64,000 nucleotides of DNA, from IMG/VR virus record IMGVR_UViG_3300043399_000877, positions 186,001 to 250,000 of that record; one strand, written 5' to 3'. Position numbers and translations under genes: made by a program. Below the pieces are notes generated by a model that searched no databases, was not told where the DNA came from, and saw nothing but the letters and a program-made list of their open reading frames with translations. Shown piece by piece: positions 7,880-15,645 of the stretch; positions within the stretch are counted from its first letter, which is position 1, and each line of letters begins with the position of its first letter.

Positions 7880-9603
7880 ACTGGAGGAGTTGCTGCCGGT
7901 GCCGCTGCGCCACCTGCTGCGGGAGTTGGGCTTCCGACACCAGCGGCCGGAGTCATTCCCTCGGGCTCGGCTTCGGTTTCAATGTTGCCCAAGTCACTGC
8001 TCAAATCACTACCGCTTATACCAGCGTCACGCATCTGTTGTCCACTATCAACAACAGCTTCGCCCATATCGGCATTTTCTTCCTGCCACAGTCTTTCGTT
8101 TTCAGCAATTTCAGCTTCAGTCAAACCAAGGAATCGTTTTAGAGCAAAACGATTACTGATATAAGGCAACGCAGCCATGGATCCAAATGTGCTAACTCTG
8201 TTATTATCAAGTTCAGCTTGACGATAACTAGCAAAGTTTTGCGGCGGATGCATAACTAAATCAAACATGCTAAAGTCGATATTAACTCCGCGCTTGTTTA
8301 AATAGAGTTTAAATTCTTGGCTAAACGATTCCACAAACAGTGTTTGCAGGCGTTCGCAGTACTTGTTAAATCTAAGTTCTTGAATATAAGCTGTACCCAC
8401 ACGTCCATCGTTATATTGTGCAGCACTGTCGTCAGCACCGGTAGGCAAATAACTGCTGGGAATTCTTAAACCACGAACTAATTTGTTTGTAAAATAACGA
8501 AGATCGTCAATTTCACCCAAGTTAGTACCGCCTGGCAGTGTTTCAACTTTACTACCACGACCTTCAGCAGTTTGCGGGAAGAAGTAATCTTCGTTAATAC
8601 TCAATGGGTTATAGCTACTATCAATTACGTTTGTGCCACCACCGGTCTTGCTCGGAATACGACGCTGGTGTATTTCTGTCTTAACACGTTCTACGAACTG
8701 CATAGCCAAGTGACTGGGCATATTACCTACGTCGATATAAAACACACGTCTTTCCGGCGCACGTTGTACACGATATATAATAATAGCATCTTCCAGCAAT
8801 TCCTTTTGCTTGTACACTTTGAAAACAGTCTCAAGCAAGCTGTTACCAAATGGATGATTTGGATCTAGCCCTTCGCTCAAACTCAAATGTATAACATGCT
8901 CGGCATTGATTGCTATTTCATTTTGATCTTGTCCAAAACGGTTTGCGTTTGCTGGACTGGTGGTTCCAGTAGGATATCGGCTGTCAACTACTGCTGCGCC
9001 GGGTAAACCTGCGCCGGGACCGAAGCTGTTGGTTGTGTTGATAGGTGTAGCTGCGAGTTGATCAAAACTTATGTTTATGTTTCTAAAAATGTATTGCTCA
9101 GGGCGTTTACCTTCGCTTTCGTTTACAATAATTTTAGTAACGTTGCTGGGATCAACGTGCATCCATTTTTGTGTTTCAGGATCACGAATAAAGAATTGGT
9201 CGCCATACTTAAAAGCATTGCGAACAATTTTAAACATTCGAGTATCAAATTCTTGAAGTTTGCACCACTGCTTCAGATATTTTTCAATAATAGTAACTTC
9301 GGAATTGGTAGGTTGATTGTGGTACTTTACAATAAACGGACTGTCGTTTTCGTCATTTTTTTCAGTACAAAACTCAGCAAGGATGTCCAGCGCAGCGTTT
9401 ACTTCGCTGTCGGTGTCCATGGTATTGTATTGGTTGTAGCGTTCAATACGATTTGGACTACCAACATAAACATCCGGTAAGTAACTGCTGTAATTGGTTG
9501 CAGCAGGACCAACTCCGCCCAGTCGTGTTAGGCTAAATGGGCTGTAGTTGCCGCCGGCGCCGCCACTTGATGGTGTAGGAGTGAAATAACGTTTCCAACT
9601 CAT
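7876..9603 (-). CDS. gp20: Portal vertex protein
   Basis: Motifs LLEDAIIIYRVQRAPERRVFYIDVGNMP, EDYFFP...EGRGSKVETLPGG and LRIP.SYL. Confidence 0.96.
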   Translation of the reverse strand: MSWKRYFTPTPSSGGAGGNYSPFSLTRLGGVGPAATNYSSYLPDVYVGSPNRIERYNQYNTMDTDSEVNAALDILAEFCTEKNDENDSPFIVKYHNQPTNSEVTIIEKYLKQWCKLQEFDTRMFKIVRNAFKYGDQFFIRDPETQKWMHVDPSNVTKIIVNESEGKRPEQYIFRNINISFDQLAATPINTTNSFGPGAGLPGAAVVDSRYPTGTTSPANANRFGQDQNEIAINAEHVIHLSLSEGLDPNHPFGNSLLETVFKVYKQKELLEDAIIIYRVQRAPERRVFYIDVGNMPSHLAMQFVERVKTEIHQRRIPSKTGGGTNVIDSSYNPLSINEDYFFPQTAEGRGSKVETLPGGTNLGEIDDLRYFTNKLVRGLRIPSSYLPTGADDSAAQYNDGRVGTAYIQELRFNKYCERLQTLFVESFSQEFKLYLNKRGVNIDFSMFDLVMHPPQNFASYRQAELDNNRVSTFGSMAALPYISNRFALKRFLGLTEAEIAENERLWQEENADMGEAVVDSGQQMRDAGISGSDLSSDLGNIETEAEPEGMTPAAGVGSPTPAAGGAAAPAATPPV

Positions 9604-9606
9604 AGT

Positions 9607-12306
9607 TTACACACTCCTAAATAAATCACCACCCATACCGCGCATGCTGTTGAGTGTTTGCTTTTCAATTTCATTAGTTTTTCTTATTTCCGATAATACT
9701 GCTACCATAGTACTATTTAATTGAATTAAGTATTTTATCAGGTTCTCTTGGTCAGTGCTGCTTCGTCCACCAGCAGTCTGTGTTACTGGTTGTGTTTTTG
9801 CTTGCCAGTCATTAGTAAAATATCGATCTAGGAAATCACCAGCTGGGGTATTTCTAGGAACGACTGCTTCGACTCCGTGTAGTGTTGCAACACTTTGATC
9901 TCCGAAATTTTGAAAACCACTAGTACCTTTTGCAAAACCAGACCCCATTGGGTCACCCATGGGAATGTCTGGTGACTCTGGGGTTTCTGTTTGTTCTGCA
10001 CCGGGCATGTATCCGCTTCTAGTCCACCTATTGAACATGCCAGCCAAATCTGCGTCTAAATCATTTTGAATACCCATTAAGTTTGCTGCACCGTATATGG
10101 TGTCACCAAGAAGGTCGGAAGTAAAAAGCAAACTTTCAACAGTGGCATTTGTGGCTTCTAATAATTCTGACGTATCAGCCTCATAACGTTCCTCTGCCAA
10201 AGTTGCTTTTTGTTCCGGTGTTACTGCTAGCCCGGCGTTAATTCTTTTTTCAATAATTGCACCTGCTTCATCACCAAAAAGTGCGCCTGCTGTGTACTTG
10301 TTGATACTTAAAATAAGACTATCAACTAGATTTTCAAAAAATCCAGAAATAGTATTTTTAAGTTCTGTACCATTTGGGCCTTCCCAAAAGTTAATTAATT
10401 GATTTTTTGCGAGATCAAATACGCTCCAAAATCCATCAACAATTGTTTTTAAAAATCCACCGGTTCTCAACTCACTGCCAGCGGCCTTTGCTGCTGCCGC
10501 CAATGCAGGATCCACCGCATTTTCACCATATCCCACATCAGCAACTTCACCATAAAAGAAATCTTTTAAAACTGGACCTATGTAGTTGGTTATTGCATCT
10601 TTAACTAAATTAAAAGTACTTACAAATCCTTCATAAATTACATCAAAGATTGTTTTTTCACCATTAAAAACTTGCTCAAAAGTAGTATAAATGTTTTCAA
10701 AAAGCCCACCAACTCTTTCGGTAGTCCTGCTGTCGGGGTCGCCCCCGGTTGTAACTTTTTTTCCAAAAAAGAAATCAATTAGATTATTTGTAACACGTTT
10801 TACGGTATCGAAAAACGCATCCATATTTTTTTCAAAATCTGGATCGCTTAAAAATTCAGTAAACCAATCTATAGCTTTGGTTACTGTGCCGTCTTTTCCA
10901 AAAAAGTAATTAAACAATCGATCGAGTCCAGATGAAAATCCATCTATACTTCCGTTATCACTTATCAATGTTAGAAGTTTTTCACCGAGTCGTTCGAGAG
11001 AACTAAATGCTTCGCTTTTTATAAATGCCGATATTAATCGTCCGCGAGCACTTTGTACGGTTTGTTCGAAATTACCAAATAGAGTAGTAAGTTTACTTCT
11101 TTGATCGGCTTCGAGTTTGTATTGTTCGGTGTTTATTTCAAGAACTTTGTTAAGTTCAAAAAGACTATCCAACATTGTGGCATACTCGGCAGTTATGCCA
11201 CCAGCTTGTCGCATTGCTGCTATCTGTTCTGTGCTGAATTGTTTCTGTAATCGATCTATCTGAGGTTTAAATTGTTTTAATTGATCTATAAAATCAACTT
11301 CGCTAATTTCACCACGAAACGCACGTTGCATAAGCGGACCTAAACCTTTTATTTGTGTCTGCATCAACACACCTAAGTCAGTTTGTGCAAGTCCGTCCAT
11401 AATATCTTCGAATCCGCTAGCAAGCCCGGGCATGCTGGAACGAACAAATGTCAATACTCCTTCAAGATTCTTTCTGTTTTCACCCTCGAGAGAATTAATC
11501 TGTCGTCGTAGTCCGGCATCTTGCTGCAATTGTGCCATTTCTTGGGCAAGCTGTTCACGTTGTTTTCCTGTGAGTTTTGCCAATTTATCCAATTGCATCA
11601 TGTATTCGCTACTGGATTCCATTAAACTTCGATCACGTAGTTCAATTCGTCTACCGGACATAAGTTGTGCATCCAAGTAAGTTGCAAGACTGCTGTTTAT
11701 TTCGTTAATTGTAAAACCCATGCCCATGAGTTCTTGACCGATCTTACTTGTGCGAAGATTTCTAGAAAAAATACCAAACTGTTTTGCGCCTTCGCTAGTG
11801 GTACCGCCCAGCTTTGCAAATAGTTGAGAATTGTTTCTAACAAGTGATGTAAAATCGTCAAATGCTACTTCACTTTCAGCAGCAGCCAGTCTCATATCAA
11901 AAAGACTGTTGTTAAAACTTGCACCGTACGTACTGAGATCACGGAATGCATCGGTCAACCCTTCGGTATAGCGTATTAGTTCCCCCATAGCCGTACCGGC
12001 ACCCAAAACCATTTCGGCAAAATCGCCCATGCGATCACCGCCGGTAATGAGTTCTTTACCGAAATAACCCAATCCCTTGACGCTGTCGGTTATACCGCTT
12101 ATAAAACCTTTGCGCGCTGCACCTTCATCCCTGATAGTTCGTGTATTGGCTTCTCTAGCTATTCTTTCTAATCGCGAAGCTTGATCTGTACCGTTGCGGC
12201 TGCGGCTAAGGGTGTCAACCAGTGCAGAAAGAGTGGCTTCACTTGCTACGCCAAACTTGCCACCTACATTTTTAATTTCTACTTCGTCAACCATTACCGA
12301 ATCCAA
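9607..12306 (-). CDS. Tape-measure-like protein
   Basis: 899 aa, Ala/Gly-rich helical, LAKLTGKQREQL segment, C-terminal G.F.(A)KGT.GF...G......LHGVEAVVP motif typical of tail-length determinants; sits next to the gp26-like gene. Confidence 0.75.
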   Translation of the reverse strand: MDSVMVDEVEIKNVGGKFGVASEATLSALVDTLSRSRNGTDQASRLERIAREANTRTIRDEGAARKGFISGITDSVKGLGYFGKELITGGDRMGDFAEMVLGAGTAMGELIRYTEGLTDAFRDLSTYGASFNNSLFDMRLAAAESEVAFDDFTSLVRNNSQLFAKLGGTTSEGAKQFGIFSRNLRTSKIGQELMGMGFTINEINSSLATYLDAQLMSGRRIELRDRSLMESSSEYMMQLDKLAKLTGKQREQLAQEMAQLQQDAGLRRQINSLEGENRKNLEGVLTFVRSSMPGLASGFEDIMDGLAQTDLGVLMQTQIKGLGPLMQRAFRGEISEVDFIDQLKQFKPQIDRLQKQFSTEQIAAMRQAGGITAEYATMLDSLFELNKVLEINTEQYKLEADQRSKLTTLFGNFEQTVQSARGRLISAFIKSEAFSSLERLGEKLLTLISDNGSIDGFSSGLDRLFNYFFGKDGTVTKAIDWFTEFLSDPDFEKNMDAFFDTVKRVTNNLIDFFFGKKVTTGGDPDSRTTERVGGLFENIYTTFEQVFNGEKTIFDVIYEGFVSTFNLVKDAITNYIGPVLKDFFYGEVADVGYGENAVDPALAAAAKAAGSELRTGGFLKTIVDGFWSVFDLAKNQLINFWEGPNGTELKNTISGFFENLVDSLILSINKYTAGALFGDEAGAIIEKRINAGLAVTPEQKATLAEERYEADTSELLEATNATVESLLFTSDLLGDTIYGAANLMGIQNDLDADLAGMFNRWTRSGYMPGAEQTETPESPDIPMGDPMGSGFAKGTSGFQNFGDQSVATLHGVEAVVPRNTPAGDFLDRYFTNDWQAKTQPVTQTAGGRSSTDQENLIKYLIQLNSTMVAVLSEIRKTNEIEKQTLNSMRGMGGDLFRSV

Positions 12307-12352
12307 TCTTTAAAATGATGTATATATACAATATATTTATCGGAGATTATAT

Positions 12353-13207
12353 ATGCATAATTCTGCCAATCCACTGTCAAGACATTTTAGACAACCCAAG
12401 TTATATATTAAATTACCCAGTAACGGAAATTTTTATCCGGATGGTGCCATTGATCGCACCACCAATAATGAATACCCGGTTTACAGTATGACAGCCAAGG
12501 ATGAATTAAGATTTAAAACTCCGGATGCATTGCTTAACGGACAAGCGACGGTGGATGTCGTTCAAAGTTGTATTCCAAATATTCGTGATGCTTGGTCAAT
12601 ACCCAGTATCGACGTTGACGCCATATTGATTGCTATAAGAATAGCAACTTATGGTGAAAAGATGGATATAACCACCACACTGCCCAACACCGAGATAGAA
12701 AAAACTTTTGAAGTTGATTTACGTCATTTATTGGATAACTTAGCCATTGCTGAATACGATAACGTTATTAAAATCGGAGATTTTACTATCGAAATAGCGC
12801 CGTTAAACTATCGTTCTTTTACAGAAACTGCTATGAAAACATTTGAAGAGCGAAGATTATTTCGAACTATAAACGACAGCGATCTTTCTGAAGAAGAAAA
12901 AATCAGTCGTTTTAACGAAAGTTTCAATCGTATAACCGAAATGAACATACGAATTGTTACTCGCAGCGTAGTATCTGTAAGATACAAATCTGAAGCGCCG
13001 GTGTTTGATCCAGATTACATAAACGAATTCTTTGACAACATTGACAAGGATGTGTTTAAGGCTATCATAAAACATGTTGAGGCCCAACGTGACCGATTCC
13101 GTATACCACCGTTAGAGGCTACCACTACCGAAGAAGAACAAGCTGCTGGTGCTCCGGATAAGTTTTCAATACCGGTTAACTTCGATCAATCAAATTTTTT
13201 CGCCTAA
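12353..13207 (+). CDS. gp26: Baseplate hub / tail-assembly chaperone (gp26-like)
   Basis: NPL..HFRQPKLYIKLPS.G.FY, VYSMTAKDEL..KTPDALLNG, D.DAILIAIRIATYG and C-terminal NFF motifs. Confidence 0.8.
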   Translation: MHNSANPLSRHFRQPKLYIKLPSNGNFYPDGAIDRTTNNEYPVYSMTAKDELRFKTPDALLNGQATVDVVQSCIPNIRDAWSIPSIDVDAILIAIRIATYGEKMDITTTLPNTEIEKTFEVDLRHLLDNLAIAEYDNVIKIGDFTIEIAPLNYRSFTETAMKTFEERRLFRTINDSDLSEEEKISRFNESFNRITEMNIRIVTRSVVSVRYKSEAPVFDPDYINEFFDNIDKDVFKAIIKHVEAQRDRFRIPPLEATTTEEEQAAGAPDKFSIPVNFDQSNFFA

Positions 13208-13431
13208 GGATCTCTAATTGGTCAGTTGACCAGATACTGGCCGAAGTAGAGGTCCTGGAGCAGCAAACCAAGCAGATGAAGTACAACCTCAGCAAGTTGT
13301 GCTGGCACATGCGCGGCGGGCTCAGCTTGACCGAAGCCTATGAGCTGAGCCCGGATGATCGGGAAGTAATGGGTAGATTGATCAAAGACAACTTTGAAGT
13401 GGCCAAGAAAACCGGCCAACCCTATTGGTAA
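13195..13431 (+). CDS. gp51-like ORF in the -1 frame, probably reached by frameshift from the gp26-like gene
   Basis: Not in the ORF track. The frame is open from the T-run at 13195 to TAA at 13429-13431: FFRLRISNWSVDQILAEVEVLEQQTKQMKYNLSKLCWHMRGGLSLTEAYELSPDDREVMGRLIKDNFEVAKKTGQPYW. No start codon at its 5' end. Confidence 0.75.
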   Translation, partial: FFRLRISNWSVDQILAEVEVLEQQTKQMKYNLSKLCWHMRGGLSLTEAYELSPDDREVMGRLIKDNFEVAKKTGQPYW

Positions 13432-14004
13432 TTAGGGATTACCGGTGGGTGGGGCGCCAGTACCACCCAACATGGCCAACAGCGCAGCCTTCTGTTGAGG
13501 GGTCATTCCGGCAACCGCGCTGGCTATATTAGGTGGGACCTGCTGTGTGCGGCGACTTCTAAAATTACCAGCATTTCTAGTTACCGGAGCAGCAAATGCA
13601 CCGCGCTTGACAGTTGTAGCAGCACCAGCAGCACCCTGGGTAGCTTTGAGCACTATCTGATCTATTTCTTTATTGCTCAACGGAGCATTTGCCGGTGTTC
13701 CTGCCGGTCTAACAGTGCGCATTATGTTTCTGACATTGTCACCGTATCCCTTTTGGGTAAGGAATGTGGTCATCTGTTGTGGAGTCAGTGCATTACGTGC
13801 TATACCGGCTCTTCCCATGAACTGACTGAGCTCTGCGCGAACTTTGTTTGCTTCATCACCGGCCTGAAGAGCACCGGTTGCTCTAGCACCTATCTGACCT
13901 GGGACCTTACTAGCAATCTTTTGACCCATTTTTTTGAACATACCCACCGGTGCTTCGGTTATGTCTGTGTCCGTTGATTCACTTAGAACTTCATATACTT
14001 TCAT
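13432..14004 (-). CDS. Hypothetical protein, possibly an internal head protein
   Basis: 190 aa, basic and Ala/Gly-rich. N-terminus MKVYEVLSES...ITEA; GAGG SD; late promoter GATAAATA around 14027-14032. Confidence 0.7.
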   Translation of the reverse strand: MKVYEVLSESTDTDITEAPVGMFKKMGQKIASKVPGQIGARATGALQAGDEANKVRAELSQFMGRAGIARNALTPQQMTTFLTQKGYGDNVRNIMRTVRPAGTPANAPLSNKEIDQIVLKATQGAAGAATTVKRGAFAAPVTRNAGNFRSRRTQQVPPNIASAVAGMTPQQKAALLAMLGGTGAPPTGNP

Positions 14005-14034
14005 GTTTAGATTCCCTCATTTGTTTTATTTATC

Positions 14035-14155
14035 CGGATATTATCAGGATGAGCTTGACGCTCATCCGTTCGTTTGTTCATATATACTCACTGACGTTCG
14101 TATATATTCACAACCTCACTGATGCTTCGCATAGCTAATATCCGATAAATTTATC
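14035..14155. repeat. Nested inverted-repeat (multi-hairpin) cluster
   Basis: CGGATATTA/TAATATCCG outer stem; GGATGAGC/GCTCATCC and ATATATAC/GTATATAT inner hairpins; palindrome GATAAATTTATC at 14144-14155. Confidence 0.8.
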
Positions 14156-14625
14156 AAGATGTCGATAAGATACTACGAGACTCAATGTCGAATGTTTCAT
14201 GTAGATCTAATTCAGTCAGACGGAACCGGTTTACGGTTCCGTCATCTTGAGCTTCATGTGAGTCTCACCCAGCCAAGACATGGAAGCAGGTATTTCTGTT
14301 TATACACCAACTCCAGGGACTCTAACCTTTTCCCTACCTGCGTCGACCCGGCAAATGCGTCATAAACAATGCACTCGATGCGTTGTTTGTGCTGCACTCA
14401 CCGTCCTTGAGCTCGTTCCTCAATCCTCAAGGTGTTTAGGAGTGTGCGGTGTGTTCGAACGACAGCAAGCATCCTACGCCAATACCTAACTCACTTCCAT
14501 TTTTCAGGATACAACGAATTCCTCGAGGGGGAGGGTATCAGAGTGTCACGTGTGCAGCCACGGTTTAACTGCTTTTTCCACAGCGGTATTATCTATCCGG
14601 CCCGCCAACCTTATGTGCTGTTATA
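14154..14625 (-). ncRNA. Candidate large (~470 nt) structured non-coding RNA
   Basis: GC-richer than the flanks, no credible ORF, at least six perfect 6-10 bp stems, including two interleaved 8-bp stems that would form a pseudoknot. Strand is inferred from the upstream operon. Confidence 0.65.
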
Positions 14626-14821
14626 TTGCGCCTTTGGGTAACCAGGTGACCCATTTGCCACCACAGGTTTTGCATATAATTTTGCCTGCATGTGGGCCTG
14701 GTACATCAAGTACAACGTCCCACTCGTGATTTTCGTGCTTGCCTAAGTTTATTTCAGTGTAATCCGGTAGCCTAGTTTGTGGCCTGTATCTTTTTCTAGC
14801 TGTTAGGTCATAATCATCCAT
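14621..14821 (-). CDS. Small zinc-finger-like protein
   Basis: 66 aa with PH.GKII-CKTC-GGKWVTWL (H + CxxC); coupled to the resolvase stop. Confidence 0.7.
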   Translation of the reverse strand: MDDYDLTARKRYRPQTRLPDYTEINLGKHENHEWDVVLDVPGPHAGKIICKTCGGKWVTWLPKGAI

Positions 14822-15338
14822 GATGTATTCCCTTGCAGCTATTCATAAAATTGTCTTTGTTTAATTCAAAAAAATCTTCAAAGCCTGTGATGCGCCAAAA
14901 GTTGCCTTGTTCGTCCTGATAGTCAATATAACGATGATTTTCAAAGCCTGCGGTTAATTTATAAGCTATGTATCTGCCTTTGCGATTGAACTTCATAAAA
15001 ATGATTGAAATGTCGCCTGGATCTGCTGCCTCAAGTGTTTGTTTCATCCATGATTCAAGTAAACCTATTTTGCCTTGTGTTAACAACTGGTGGAAAGGAA
15101 ATTCTGCGTAATTTTTACATTCACAATTGAATTTTTTCCATGAATCCGGTGGTATAACGTCGCCTTTGTATGCCCTAATCTGTCCCTCAGTAAGTGTTTC
15201 TTTTCTAACTGAATTTTTTCCGCCTGTAAATGCGCCTGAATGTGGTACTCTAGTAAAGCTATCATTGTAAAGGTCCGAAAGGTATTTCGCGACTTCCCTT
15301 TCAAATCCTTTACCCTTGGTCTTGCTTTTGCTCGCCAT
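14814..15338 (-). CDS. Holliday-junction resolvase, PD-(D/E)XK type
   Basis: SK.KGKGFEREVA, RVPHSGA, GDVI and ECKNY motifs; next to gp46/gp47. Confidence 0.8.
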   Translation of the reverse strand: MASKSKTKGKGFEREVAKYLSDLYNDSFTRVPHSGAFTGGKNSVRKETLTEGQIRAYKGDVIPPDSWKKFNCECKNYAEFPFHQLLTQGKIGLLESWMKQTLEAADPGDISIIFMKFNRKGRYIAYKLTAGFENHRYIDYQDEQGNFWRITGFEDFFELNKDNFMNSCKGIHHG

Positions 15339-15645
15339 CGTCGCTATCCTTCTTTATAGTAGATAGCGTTTTTATATTTTTCTCCTTGCGAATCTGATAT
15401 TTTTCAGGGTCGAGCTCTTTGAGTTTTGCGTTATGCTGTTTGATTATTTCAGATCTGCGTCGTTGTGCAAGAATTATTATTTCCTGCAACAGTTGTCGTG
15501 TTGACCAACGTGTTCTCCAGCTACAACGCTTTTCAAAATTTTCGTTTTCTTTAAAGTATTTTAAATAGGTTTGAACCAACAAGTCGTGAGTGTCGGTATC
15601 CTCACCCTTGTCAGCCTCAAACCTATTTCTATGCTTTTTTGTCAT
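15310..15645 (-). CDS. Basic helical protein, possibly Hc1 (histone H1-like) DNA-binding
   Basis: Pattern 'Y.K..ENFEK......R..L.EI..LA..RR.EI' resembles Hc1-type proteins; assignment by eye only. Confidence 0.5.
   Translation of the reverse strand: MTKKHRNRFEADKGEDTDTHDLLVQTYLKYFKENENFEKRCSWRTRWSTRQLLQEIIILAQRRRSEIIKQHNAKLKELDPEKYQIRKEKNIKTLSTIKKDSDDGEQKQDQG

Noticed and set aside
12319-12330. Palindrome TGTATATATACA between the divergent tape-measure-like and gp26-like genes
   Set aside because: It is a low-complexity TA repeat and likely to arise by chance in AT-rich intergenic DNA; there is no further support for an operator.
13222-13419. 65-aa minus-strand ORF in the track
   Set aside because: It is antisense to the gp51-like -1 frame ORF, which has the recognisable motif and fits the gene context.
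14035-14144. tRNA-like cloverleaf
   Set aside because: No TTCRA T-loop in the right position, no 7-nt anticodon loop and no CCA end.
14219-14243. GAACCG...CGGTTC hairpin as group II intron domain V
   Set aside because: It is a perfect short stem without the ~34-nt length, bulge and GNRA loop of domain V, and no GUGYG 5' end or interrupted gene is evident.
14281-14341. Resemblance to RNase P RNA (AAACAGAA...GCTT)
   Set aside because: The segment pairs locally (GCAGGTA/TACCTGC) and no GAGGAAAGUCC P4 partner is present.
14159-14641. Three short plus-strand ORFs (14159-14365, 14280-14489, 14432-14641)
   Set aside because: They overlap each other, have no SD or protein motifs, and coincide with dense base-pairing better explained by a structured RNA.
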